From Octopus bimaculoides (taxonomy: Eukaryota): a DNA stretch of 56,843 nt. This document shows, piece by piece, positions 36,154 to 48,632 of this stretch. The notes beneath the pieces were generated by a model that was not told the origin of the DNA, did not search any database, and was given only the letters and a program-made list of their open reading frames with translations. The stretch is from the NCBI RefSeq assembly GCF_001194135.2, contig NC_068985.1:74191834-74248676 (forward strand), written 5' to 3'. The first letter of the stretch is position 1, and each line of letters opens with the position of its first letter. The position numbers and the translations under genes are program-made.

Positions 36154-36779
36154 NNNNNNNNNNNNNNNNNNNNNNNNNNNNNNNNNNNNNNNNNNNNNNN
36201 NNNNNNNNNNNNNNNNNNNNNNNNNNNNNNNNNNNNNNNNNNNNNNNNNNNNNNNNNNNNNNNNNNNNNNNNNNNNNNNNNNNNNNNNNNNNNNNNNNNN
36301 NNNNNNNNNNNNNNNNNNNNNNNNNNNNNNNNNNNNNNNNNNNNNNNNNNNNNNNNNNNNNNNNNNNNNNNNNNNNNNNNNTGTGTGTGTGTGTATGTCG
36401 GCACAGGACCTCATGAAACGTGTAGAACAATGTATATACAGGAATGCCTGTATATAACACGAAATTTTGTAATGCGAAATTTATTTTCTAACTTAATTCA
36501 TATTATCAAGTGAGATTGCGTTCCTATGGACTTTCTTGAAAAGAACGAGAAAGGAAGAAAATAAAGAAACACACACACACACAAAAAAAACAACAGAACA
36601 ATTAACACTCACCTTTGTACACAAAAGTAAAAATATGCATACATAAAAATACATTTCAAGAGGAATACATTAAAGAAAACCCTCATATCGCAAAGTACTT
36701 CCTTACAACAAATGATGTTGCTTACTGTGCAAGGGGTGGTGGTGTAATGAGTGTTATTAAGAAGATAAGGGTCAATATT

Positions 36780-37445
36780 TTCTATCATTGTTCATTATCA
36801 CAAACTTCAGCTTGAGGGGTGAAAAATTTAACCAAAGTTCTCTGTTGCTTATAACACAGCTCAGTATAAGAACTTAGGTCATTGCAAACTCCTCTTGTAA
36901 TTTTTATTACTTTGATATTTAGGATCATTATCAGCAATCATCTTTCAGACTTTTCTCTATATATGCCAACACTGGCAATAATTATTGTAGGTGGAATTTC
37001 CATAGTCTTATCTGTACTCTCAGCGTGTTATTTTCTTTGCAGCATCAGCTCTTTTGTAGGTAAACTTTTATCTGAAATACTAACAATACAATCTCATCAT
37101 AATCTATGTCCTTTTCATATCCTACATTTTTTTTCGGGTGTCACAATATATTTCCGAATTTGATATAGACTTTCAGTTTGAGGACTTGTAATGTCAGGCA
37201 TATAATCTGGTCATATACTTTTCCATGAAGGCTTCGTTTTATCACATGACTCGGTTATATTATACACAACATCATTTATATTGAATTTCTTCCAGAATTC
37301 TCTAAATCTAGGTTTATCCACCGTATCAATTTCTTTCATAAGTTGCTTAAACATTCTTATATAATACTTCTTAAAGCTAGATATCTCACATTAAACCATT
37401 GGCTGCTGCAAAGAAGTGCTATTCTTGGGGATATATTCTATTCTA
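36780..37445 (-). pseudogene. pogo/Tigger-type DDE transposase C-terminal fragment
   Basis: Minus: YIPKNSTSLQQPMV*CEISSFKKYYIRMFKQLM...FREFWKKFNINDVVYNITESC...WKSI*P, matching the Tigger LPPNTTSLIQPMDQGVI..FK..Y..FWK motifs. Confidence 0.8.
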
Positions 37446-37908
37446 AAAAACGGAAGTACTGTCTCGCTCCCATTGGAGTTTCAACACTCAATTTCTGAGG
37501 GCCTGTGCTATTGCTAAATAGTCGTTGAACCTACACTACATTTATCTGTTCTTTTGACATCTTGTCTTTAGTCCTGCTGAGTTTCTAGTAGCCCTCTTCA
37601 CCAGGCAAGCCTAGTGATGGTTCCCTGTTTAGTTGCGGACGACTCAACCATGAAAGAGGTTGTACAGAATTCCATGATACCAAAATCACTCATGGTAGAC
37701 CTCACAAGTTACACTCACACACAGGCACACACACGCACATACACGCACAAATACATGCACACAAACCCACACACATATTCAAGACTTAAGTATTGATGCA
37801 TTGCATATTGAAATCTTACAAACAAAGACTTTGTATGAGTCTGACCACGTTGCATCTCGTTAATTACAAGTTATTTAAGCATATGTAGTTTAGAACAGCA
37901 ACTGCATA

Positions 37909-38204
37909 TGTGGAAATGTTTGAAACGGGTTAGTAGTAGACAGACACTATAAATAGACCAGTAGCCGGTCGACGGAAGGTCGAAGGTCGAAAGTATGTGT
38001 AGACTGGGTTGATAGTCGTGTCTGTGCTGATATAGTAAATATTCTGTGAGAGTGAGTGGACGTTACAACGATCCAACCGTTTAAAGATAATAACAGTGTA
38101 CGACTGGGGGTCGTTCAGTACTAGATAAAAACATTCCATCGACGACTTCGGAATATAATAATAACGTTCAGAGCGACAACCGTCTTAAAAAGACAGTTAC
38201 AACA
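37909..38204 (+). mobile_element. possible solo/5' LTR
   Basis: TG...CA 296 bp with TATAAATA near the start and GTGGC (PBS-like) after it; no TSD or internal domain found. Confidence 0.2.
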
Positions 38205-38712
38205 GTGGCAAAGACCGCTTTACTATAGGAAAATAAACAACGAAATAATTTAATCAGGAGTAAGAAAAATCATAAAGGTTATTAAGATAATAACACAGTA
38301 ATATATGAGTAGGTTTAAAGAGCTGCTAAAATCATCGTTTATTCGGCACTATACGAATCTTGGAGCTTTTATAGATTATTTGAGATTTATGCCAGCCAAA
38401 TTAATCTAGCTGCACTATGATTTTGTCTTATAGTTAAAAGTACTTATCAAATAATCGGCATTCCTTAGACATCACTTATCTTGAACTCATGAATTGATAT
38501 AATTTGTGGTAAGATGTTTTGCTCGATTTTTTTCTGTGGCACATAATTAGCATCATTTTATCTAGTTACATTATCATGTATATCTTTCGACGATCTTACA
38601 CCCGATATTAAAGCCAATATATATTTCTTTCCAAAGTACAGATGAAATTTCATATTTTTTCTTTATATAAATACATGTGCGTGCCTTTGTATAGATATGC
38701 ATATATATATAA

Positions 38713-38776
<64 letters not shown>

Positions 38777-39375
38777 ATGTGTGCATGTGAGTGTGTGTGT
38801 ACGCTTGAAGAAAGTGCCTAATTGTAGCAGCGATATCAAATTCCCTTCCACTACTTGTATTTTATAGTTAAATACAATATTTTAAGAAATGTGCTAATTT
38901 GCAACTGGGTGCACGTAAATTCTATTTTATATAGTTATCTGACTAAATTTATATTGATGCATGTAAGGAGTTGCTTCACGTTAAATATGACTTTTTCATT
39001 TCGCTACTACAGGTATTTAGTTCACAGAATAGATTATTTTTTAAGGGTATTTGAATTACCTCTTGACTTCCAAAAAGTCGTTATATCGTACGATACCTAC
39101 ATATAGGAAATGAGGAACCGTTTTATCCATAATTAATAATATCACATTTTGCAAATTGCAATCTACTTTTCCATTGATTTTCGGTATGTGTATAGGTATG
39201 CATGCAAGTATATATTTGAACCATGAAGAATTTGTACCGGATTTTTGCTGAGCTTTGAAATTTTTTTCAACATTTTTTTTTTTTGAGATTGTCTGATAAT
39301 ACTCACATAAACTTGCGCAAATGCATTAATAAATTAACACTGATATTTTTTTCACCGTTGTTACAATCATTTGAA

Positions 39376-40479
39376 ATGGAACTCTCAAAGCGCGATATAC
39401 GAGCAATTTTGCTATTCAACTTTAAAAAAGACGCAAAGGAGCAGAAACTGCTCGCGATATCAACAAAACGTTCGGTGAGGAAATAGCAAGTGAGTGGTCA
39501 GCTTGAAAATGGTTTAAACAATTTCGTAGTGGAGAGCTGAGCCTTCAAGATCGTGTGTGTAGTGACGCACCTCTCTCAACGATGACTGTCAATTAAAGTT
39601 TGCCATTGAGAAACATCCACGTAAAACCACTTCAGAACTGGCAAAAGAACTTCAGGTTAGCCAGAAAACAGCCTGCAACCATCTGTATGCGGTCGAAAAA
39701 TCAAAAAAAGCTCAACAAATGGTTACCACACGATTCGAATGAAAATCAAAACATGCGCAGATATGAAATTTGCTCGTCACTTCTCCATAAACAGATCGAT
39801 CCATTTCTCAACCGTATTTTAACTTGCAATGAAAAATGTATTCAGTACAATAAAAAAAAAGATTGTTCGCAGCGGTTGGACCAAAAAGGAAGCACAGAAA
39901 AACTTCCCTTAACCTGGGCTGATCAAACAGAAGGGTATGGTGACTGTTCAGTGGTGTACTGCTGGACTCATCCACTATAACTTCTTAAAACCCGGAAAAG
40001 CCATTACTACAGAAACATATTGCCATAAAACTGCCAACATGAATGAAGAGCTGCTACCCCTCCGTCTCAGACTGGTCAACAGCAGAGAGCCAATCATTCT
40101 TCATGACAATGCCCGACCACAATTTTCACTAATGACTTTCCAGAAATTGGGGGATCTTGGCTACAAAGGTCTTTCCCAACCAGCTTATTCCCCAGAACTT
40201 TCTCCTACCGACCACCACTTTTTCAAGTACCTTGAAGGTTTCCTGCGATCGAAGGAGTTCAAAAACGAATCCGATGCTAAAAGTGCGTTCAAAAAGTTCA
40301 TCAGCTACATGACTCCAGATTTTTATGTTACCGAAATAAACAAACTCCTAACTAGTTGGCGAAAATGTGTTCATTGTAATGGTGCTTACTTTCATGAATA
40401 AAATTACCACATTGGTGAAATATATCGTGTTGAATTTCGTGTTTCAAAACGTTGCTTATTTTTTTATTCAGCCTCATAA
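39376..40479 (+). mobile_element. mariner (Hsmar1/cecropia-like) remnant, left TIR not found
   Basis: MELSKRDIRAILLFNFKK...KWLPH...RILTCNEK...HYNFLKPGKAIT...ILHDNARP...AYSPELSPTDHHFF...NGAYFHE* (40401); right-TIR-like end at ~40450-40479. Confidence 0.9.
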
Positions 40480-40590
40480 TCCATACATGAGTGTGTGTGC
40501 GTGTACTACATCCCTATCTCTCTCTTTCGCTTCTTCAGTATACACACATACATTTATATATGTACACGCACATACAGATAATATATATGG

Positions 40591-40639
<49 letters not shown>

Positions 40640-41286
40640 CGTGTGCACTTGGAATATTTAATCCATAAATCTGCTTTACCTGCAATAAAATTTCAAAACT
40701 TCACCCATAGCTTTAGGTAAATGATTGCCTGCATATTGCAAACTCTTAGTTCCTAATGAAATGACCCAAATGGTGGAAGTGAAATTAACGATTTATAAAT
40801 AATTGCGAGAAGTACGCGTACAGAAGGATGTAGAACTTATTGGATCATAAATATGATCGTTACTTGACAGGATGTCTACATACTACTTATGGAAAGAGAA
40901 GTACTGAGTCATTTAACATGAAATTGTATGCTGGAAAATTATGAAGGTGATATTTCTAGTCCAGTAGAATTGACGGATTTGTGAAAACTACATAAAAAAT
41001 TTTGAAAGGTGTAAGATTATCTTCCGTTGTTAAAGAATTGAAGTTTTGTTGATAATGGGAAATTTGAAACTAAATACATTTGACAGTAATGTAATAAAAG
41101 CTGATGTGAAATGGGTAAATGAAAATATGAAGGAATAAATTTGTGACACCAAATCAAGAATAGTTTAAATTAATAAAGTGCTGTAGGTATTTACAAGGGA
41201 CACATATATGCAACAATAAAAAGTTGCAAAGGAAATTAGTTGATTGTAAATACATTTTACTGTAGGAAAAAACATTAAGTTAATGT

Positions 41287-41675
41287 TGTTTTTGTTCGCA
41301 CTCCGTCGCTTACGACGTCGAGGGTTCCAGTTGATCCGTTCAACGGAACAGCCTGCTCGTGAAATTAACGTGCAAGTGGCTGAGCACTCCACAGACACGT
41401 GTACCCTTAACGTAGTTCTCGGGGAGAGTCAGCGTGACACAGTGTGACAAGTCTGACCCTTTGAATTATAGGCACAACAGAAATAGGAAGTAAGAGTGAG
41501 AGAAAGTTGTGGTGGAAGAGTACAGCATGGTTCGCCACCATCCCCTGCCAGAGCCTCGTAGAACTTTTAGGTGTTTTCGCTCAATATACACTCACAACAC
41601 CCGGTCTGGGAATCGAAACCGCGATCCTATGACCACGAGTCCGCTGCCCTAACCACTGGGCCATTGCGCCTCCAC
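41287..41675 (-). mobile_element. SINE family A, full length, 11-bp TSD
   Basis: Highly similar to 31863-32269; TSD taagttaatgt at 41276-86 and 41676-86. Confidence 0.95.
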
Positions 41676-43104
41676 TAAGTTAATGTAAGCTAAAATAAAA
41701 GAGACGGTGTTCAACAATTACAGTAGTTATATAGCCGTATACTGAAAATCTAAGTCCCATTATGACAATCTGTACTGAAGCTGTAAATATATAAATTTTT
41801 GATTAAACGAATCAGAACCTGCATTTCAAAACTATCGGGATAAGCCGTAGCCTCCTGGAAAAGTGGAGTGTAGTTGAATTAAAGACTTCTCACAGTAGGA
41901 CAAATAATGAAGGAATAATAATGGACGATGCTTAATAAATGTGAATGAATATGTAAATTATGAAATATTGAGATAGCTCAAACTAAGTTGACATAGGGAA
42001 CGAAATAAAATTAATCCCCATAGCTTGTATTAATGTGAGATGAAACAATTAATCTAGGAAAATTTTGGATTAGAGTAAAGAATGTATATAAGTGTGAAAA
42101 AACCGAGCTTAAGTAATACTTAACTAAATTAAACGTGTTGAAACCTATAAACACTTCCAGAGGTATATATTTAGATCAATAAAATCGTATAATTAGAATA
42201 ATATTTTGCAGGTGTGTACAGTGTAAAATAGTTAATAAGGTTAGAAATATTCAGCAAGTTAAACACTGAGTCGACCATAAGGAAGTAGTAAAATAGCATT
42301 GTATAAGTTTATAAGGTAGAAAGCATATACTTGCTCTGTATTGAAATACATAGCCGTATAGTGTATATGTTGCATGTAAAAGTAATGTAGACATATTAAG
42401 TAGGAAAGTTGTATAAGGACAGGTTACAAATTTTTAAAATTGTTACCAATCAGCAAACTTAAATGTATGTACATATATGTAGAAATATATAACTAACCTG
42501 AGTTTAATTCGTCTAAAAACATTGCGTCTTTGTAAAATGAATGAAGATTTTGTAAATATTTCCATGTGTTAATTATCATACATTTGTCAATAAATAATTT
42601 TTACAACATCTAGCTAAATTTGGGCCTTCGGTAAAGAAAATTTGCCGGCTTCAGTTATATAAGTTTGATAGTAGTTTCTTTCCACAAAGATATATTTTAA
42701 AGAAGCTTTTACAGTATTACGACGACATGCGGGAAAGCATTTATGTAGGCAAGTGAAAGTGATCCAGATTACCATGTTCACAAACATTGTATTTACACTG
42801 ATGAAATTTTAAAAAAATAAGCATATATAACGTTGTCTGGTGTTAACGTATGATACTGTAAGTTACAGTCTAAGTAATGCGATTTTGGTTTTTAGTTAAA
42901 TAGTATATGTATTTACCGAATTAATTCTATATCCTAGCAACAGAGATTAGAAGACAAGGAGGATAAACAAGAATTCATCAACTAAACAAAATTTGAATCA
43001 ATATAATTCTAAGCAAGCTAATGGAGAAATGTAATTTTGCAAACATTGACAAGCATTAGGTACTTTGGTAGGTGCAGAAACAACAAGCATATAGATGGTT
43101 GCTA

Positions 43105-43108
43105 ACAC

Positions 43109-43174
<66 letters not shown>
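43105..43174. repeat. (CA)n microsatellite at gap edge
   Basis: Directly visible. Confidence 0.95.
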
Positions 43175-43760
43175 NNNNNNNNNNNNNNNNNNNNNNNNNN
43201 NNNNNNNNNNNNNNNNNNNNNNNNNNNNNNNNNNNNNNNNNNNNNNNNNNNNNNNNNNNNNNNNNNNNNNNNNNNNNNNNNNNNNNNNNNNNNNNNNNNN
43301 NNNNNNNNNNNNNNNNNNNNNNNNNNNNNNNNNNNNNNNNNNNNNNNNNNNNNNNNNNNNNNNNNNNNNNNNNNNNNNNNNNNNNNNNNNNNNNNNNNNN
43401 NNNNNNNNNNNNNNNNNNNNNNNNNNNNNNNNNNNNNNNNNNNNNNNNNNNNNNNNNNNNNNNNNNNNNNNNNNNNNNNNNNNNNNNNNNNNNNNNNNNN
43501 NNNNNNNNNNNNNNNNNNNNNNNNNNNNNNNNNNNNNNNNNNNNNNNNNNNNNNNNNNNNNNNNNNNNNNNNNNNNNNNNNNNNNNNNNNNNNNNNNNNN
43601 NNNNNNNNNNNNNNNNNNNNNNNNNNNNNNNNNNNNNNNNNNNNNNNNNNNNNNNNNNNNNNNNNNNNNNNNNNNNNNNNNNNNNNNNNNNNNNNNNNNN
43701 NNNNNNNNNNNNNNNNNNNNNNNNNNNNACGGAAGAGTGATTAATGTTTAAAATCAGTAT

Positions 43761-43979
43761 GGCGGCGAGCTGGCAGAAGCGTTAGGACGCCGGGCGAAAT
43801 GCTTAGCGGTATTTCGTCTATCTTTACGTTCTGAGTTCAAATTACGTTGATGTCGACTTTGCCTTTTATCCTTTCGGAGTCAATAAATTAAGTACCAGTT
43901 CTGTACTGGGGTCGATTTAATGGACTGGCCCTCCCCAAAAGTTTCGGGCCTTTTACCTAGAGTAGAAAAGAAAAGAATA
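43761..43979 (+). mobile_element. SINE family B (tRNA-derived)
   Basis: ggcggcgagctggcagaa...ttctgagttcaaa...gtcgactttgcctt..atcctttcgg.gtc.ataaattaagt.ccagtt...agagtagaaaag; second copy at 51436-51652. Confidence 0.85.
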
Positions 43980-44449
43980 CTTGTTACGTGGTTTAAAAGT
44001 TAGGTGAAGGGAAAGGTGAAGAGTAAGACATGTTTCGGATACAATATTTAGCAGAAAGTGATGTTCTGGTGGTGCAGTTAAAGGAAGGTAGATAGAGACA
44101 GGGAGACACTTATACTGAGGGGGAGAGAGAAAGAGAGAGAGAGAGAAGGGAAGACAGCGTTTGTATTGTCAGAGTAGATATACATCGACAGCAAAATTAG
44201 ATATAAACAAACAGCTGAACTGAAGTGAGGTTTGTTACTGAAAATTATAGTGGTGATGATGATAATGGTGGTGGTGTTGGTGTAGTGGAAAGTATTTTTT
44301 TTATTGAACTAAATTTTTTACAGCAACCATCATTTAACGTATATGCATAAGTGCAATTATTTATCGTCTGCTCACCTAAAAATTGATATTTATCTATAAG
44401 GGTTACTTTAGCCTGAAGTATGGATTCACAAGAAACACGGTTGCAAGCC

Positions 44450-44650
44450 GCCCGAGAAGATATGCGCAGCCATTGTTCTATCCCACTGATTGTCATCTGC
44501 TAACAAATTTAAGGCTAAACAGGCTTCTCTATAAGTACGATGAGTTTGACCATCAATCGTTCTTAGGAAGGAGAAGGATGTCGGTCTTGTTATTTCATGA
44601 AGAAGCAGTTACAAAAGAAACATACATAGTGACTTGGATGCACAGAGTAA
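44450..44650 (+). pseudogene. possible Helitron/PIF1 helicase C-terminal remnant
   Basis: EDMRSHCSIPLIV...MSLTINRS*EG...LGCTE resembles EDVFIPRIPLIP...MTINKSQG...VACSRV; very decayed. Confidence 0.25.
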
Positions 44651-45332
44651 ACTTTTCCGATTGTCGAGTCGAATAATTTTATAATTGTATGAACCTCATC
44701 GTCAGCTCCTCTTTTTTTATCGCAATATAAAGTAATAGAGGTTATTACAGTTACACGCACATACAACGTCACATATTATGTGGGTCGTTATATAACACAT
44801 ATGACATACCTACTGAAGAGTACCCTACCGATATTGTTTCTTCCTATACTTGGGGAAAATGGGTATTCTCAAATGAAAAATACAAATATGCTGAAGTGAG
44901 ATAAGAAAGTGACAGCGGACCTCATAAATTTTGGTGTGGAATATGTGAAACAAAGGAAAAATGTTGGAGTGAAATCTAAGATACGGTTTCTATTCTCAAG
45001 GTATGCAGAGAATAAAATGAAAGTGATCTACAGTTTCTATTGTGAAGGTAGGTAGCGAAAAAAATGAAAACTGATCTACAGATATAAATATAGAACGAAA
45101 GTAAAATAATGCTTATTGAGTAAAATTTATGGCAATCTGAAGTAATGGAGCTTATACATGTATACACCTACCACATACACATGTTATTATTTGTGTCGTT
45201 ATATTACACATATGGCATATCTACAGAAGTATGTCCAACCGTACTTTGAAATACAACGAAGAAATATAATAATCCTATAAAAATTGTCCCTTGGGCAGGC
45301 TATTTATTTTTGATTTGGTTTAATTTGGTTTT

Positions 45333-46918
45333 CCAGCAATCCTCTTCAAAACGTGCAAACGTGCCCTGGTAAAACCGCTGCTACAATTTTCTTGCAAATG
45401 GCAAGCTTCCAAGGAAACTGGAGGGAATAATATGGCCATAAAGGATGAAGCAGAGTAGATGCCAAAAATTATAGACCTATCCCTCTGACTTTACACATCA
45501 GCAAAGTCATGGAACGAATAATCAGAGGGAAACTAATGGCATTCCTAGAAGCGTACGACTTGCAGAGTGATACCCAGCATGGTTTTCTACCAGATAGGAA
45601 CTGCTTGACACCATTCCTACAGCACTATGACTGGGTGTTGAAGCAGTTACTTGACAACTAAACTGTGGACGTAAGAATCCTTGAATTTGCTAAAGCCTTT
45701 GATAGAGTTGAGCAGAGTATGATATACCACAAACTGCGCGATTTTGGCATAGCTGGGACACTTAGAGAGTGGTTACATGACTTTCTGAAAGATAAAAGTC
45801 AGTTAGTTGTACCCAATGGAGCCATCTCAAAGGAAACACAAATAGTGAATGGTGTTTCACAGGGAACGGTCTTGAGACCACGGCTTTTCGTAATGGCCAT
45901 CTCAGATATGCCCTCAGCTTCCAGGATAGTCATCCTTGCTAGCTATGCACACAATACTAAAATCTAGTAGAAAATGCAAAACCCTAGCGATGTTGCACAC
46001 CTGCAGCAGGTGTTGAACGCAATTTATAGATGTGCCGAGAACAATAATATACAGTTTAATGCTGGAAAATTCCAAGTCCTGAGCTACCAGTACCCAAAAC
46101 TGAACGAAAAAGTTACAAGGTACACTGCCTCAAGGGGTATTACAATCCCAGAACCTAAATCAGTACGTTACCTGGCTATCGACATGAGTGTTGTACCTCT
46201 TTCCAAGTGCGCATTACCAAGATAGCGACAAAGTGCAGGCGGCTGGATGGATGGATCCTGAGGACCTTCAAAACCAGAGTGAAGGAAACCATAATGGTCT
46301 TCTGGAAGACATGCATCCTCAGCCACATGGACTACTGCTCCCAAATATGGTCACACCACAGTGTAAAATTATCGGCGGACCTTGAAGCAATCCAGTAAAG
46401 TTTCACAAAGAAGATCGTCTCATTGAAACAGCGCAACTACTGGGAAAAGCTGATGCAGTTAAAACTCTCCTCCCTAGACTGAAGGCGGGAGAGATATGCA
46501 GTAATATACATCTGGAAGATCCTAGAAGGGATTGTGCCAAATGGCATTGAAAGCTACACAAATGCCAGAACGGGTCAACACTGCACAATGCCAAAAATTC
46601 CAACAATGACGTCGCGCTTCAGGAGCAGTTACTGCAACAACTTAGGTTTCAATGTCCCACAGCTTTTTAATATTCTCCCAAAGAACTTCTGGGACCTACA
46701 CAAAGTGTCTGTAGGCATTTTCAAAATAAAACTGGATCTCTTCCTGTCGAGAGTCCCAGATGAACCTATCTCGCGGCAAGAGGCGCAAATTAGGGCAGTG
46801 ACATTAGACTCCCTTATTCCCCAAACGCTAAATACCAGAAGAGACTCAATAATAACAGTGTAGCAAAACGGCAGTGCCCTAGCATGGCCGCAGCTTTGAG
46901 CTAAAATCGATAAAGAAA
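45333..46918 (+). mobile_element. 5'-truncated CR1/L2-group LINE (RT pseudogene and 3' tail)
   Basis: NYRPIPLTLHISKVMER, QHGF, EFAKAFDRV, GVSQGTVLRP, SYAHNTKI (YADD), QFNAGKF, LSHMDYCSQIW, GPQLFN-like, KLDLFLSRVPDEP; tail ggcagtgccctagcatggccgcag. Confidence 0.9.
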
Positions 46919-47049
46919 GTGGTATGTGAATCCAATTAAAATTATTACATCCTTAGATCCTTCATTTATTTATTGTCAATTAGGAAGTGGCACATAAAAA
47001 TTATATCCCTTAGATTATTTATTTTTTAAATGCAATTTTGTACATGTTG

Positions 47050-47226
47050 AAAAAGGCCTTCGAATGGCTGTTAGAGTCTCGGGACCACTTGTATTGTTCG
47101 TGGTGAAATTTTACACAAGAATTAGCTTTTAGATTTTACATCCACGCTGTATTTTTTCTTCTTATAGGCGGACAGACAGACTGACACACACACACATACG
47201 CAAAGAACCATTTTTATTATATAGAT
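47050..47226 (-). mobile_element. Helitron-type 5' terminus fragment
   Basis: Minus starts TCTATATAATAAAAATGG followed by (TG)n and (CTGT)n, as in the 23499 Helitron 5' end; no 3' end found. Confidence 0.4.
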
Positions 47227-48454
47227 ATATTAATAATAATGATTACTTCGAGGTTGCATGGCATAACTTTTAATTCTTTAATTGATATACCACCTTACAT
47301 AGACCAAGACATTTTTTAATTGCACCGAATAGTTACTGTTGAAATTAGAACCCTATTATAAAACCGTTGCAGTTTCTTCAGGTTTCTACTTAATATCCTT
47401 CGATTTGGAATATGTGGAGGGGAAGGAACACAAATATCCAAAAAAGAAAAAAGAAAAAAGAGAGGTGCTTACACATGTATGTGCGTCTGTATTTGTTTGT
47501 GTGTGTGTATGTGTGTTTGTATGTGTGTACGTGAGTGAGTGAATGAGTGCATATGTGTTTGCTTGTGTGTGTAAAGTTGTATTGTTGGAGGTTTCAACGG
47601 GCTATATAAGGTAATAGTTGTAGTTTTGATATATCAAAAACTAAACAAATAAATTTTTTTGTTAAAGTCTTTCAGCAACCAAAAGTACCTTTTGACCCGG
47701 TATTACCCTGGCCGTTCCCGTTTTCCGACGGCCACTTTATAACTGGTTAATGGTAGGTTTAATAAATGTTTGTTAAAGTACGATTATGCGTAGAAAATCA
47801 ATAAATAATTTATTATGTTCATGTTTCTTTTCATTTACATTCTACCACTATATCACCGTAATATTTCAGTAAGCTTGGTCTTTTCAAGTTTTACAGACCG
47901 TTCTGCTGATTGCTTTGCAGCAAATAATTATTTTTTCTTATCATAATATTTTTTAATGTCATTCCCATAAAATCAGTGACGTAGGTAAAAACCGAGGACC
48001 CATTTGTACCGCGAAACATATGAGATAACTCTCCTGAAACACTTTACACGTTTTTCTTAGCAAATTCTTCTCCTTCTCTCTAAACTATGCTACTATGTAA
48101 TTATACATACATACATGCATACATACGCACATACATACATACATACATACATACATGCATGCACACACACACATACACACACACACACATACACACACAT
48201 ATATTATGCAAAACTCTGAATCAGTTCCGTGCCACTTCAAGTTTCGCAGGCACCTAACGGGAAACTTACGCCTTCAGATTGCTCGAATGACGGCCGATTA
48301 GTTCATTCCAGAAGGTGTAAGGGGTCGAGCCCTTGTTTGGAGCGTGTGAAGCTTGATGTAGCACATAACCGAATAAGACTGTTTTAAATAATACATGTAA
48401 CTCTAACATGTGTTCAATGTCCTTTTCTTTGTATATATATGTATATATATCCTT

Positions 48455-48595
48455 ATTTCTTTCTGTGTTTCTTTCTGTTGAAGAGCGTAGGCTCGAAACG
48501 TTAATGACTTTCTCTATTCCTGAGCGTTATACTAATACATTCATTTGTTGCTTACACCACCTGTTTTCGTCTGTTGCTTTTTCGTGAATTCTCCC
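48455..48595 (+). mobile_element. solo PLE pseudo-LTR with hammerhead-like motif (48470-48507)
   Basis: Homologous to 4775-4880: TCTTT-CTGTTGA-A-GAGC-gtag-GCTC-GAAACGTT/AATGA. Confidence 0.75.

Positions 48596-48632
<37 letters not shown>

Larger units (their letters stand above)
1480..43728. other. assembly gaps (N): 1480-1515, 3142-3416, 4344-4353, 6200-6256, 10338-10560, 11119-11134, 11781-11945, 15313-15689, 29960-30029, 34477-35436, 36154-36381, 43175-43728
   Basis: Directly visible; most abut microsatellites. Confidence 0.98.

Noticed and set aside
40720-43050. A-rich strand-biased tract suggestive of a decayed L1/Tx1 LINE
   Set aside because: Only faint motif echoes (KGVRLSS); not supportable by eye.
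3108-43751. Long ORFs containing runs of X
   Set aside because: They read through N-gaps and flanking microsatellites and are assembly artefacts.
44020-44065. Minus-strand ctgctaa...atcc-GAAAC-AT-GTC motif
   Set aside because: The 5' core has two mismatches and stems I/II are poor. Possibly a decayed PLE ribozyme but unsupported.
48250-48290. Minus-strand ctgaagg...gcgaaac motif
   Set aside because: No NUH triplet and stem II does not pair.
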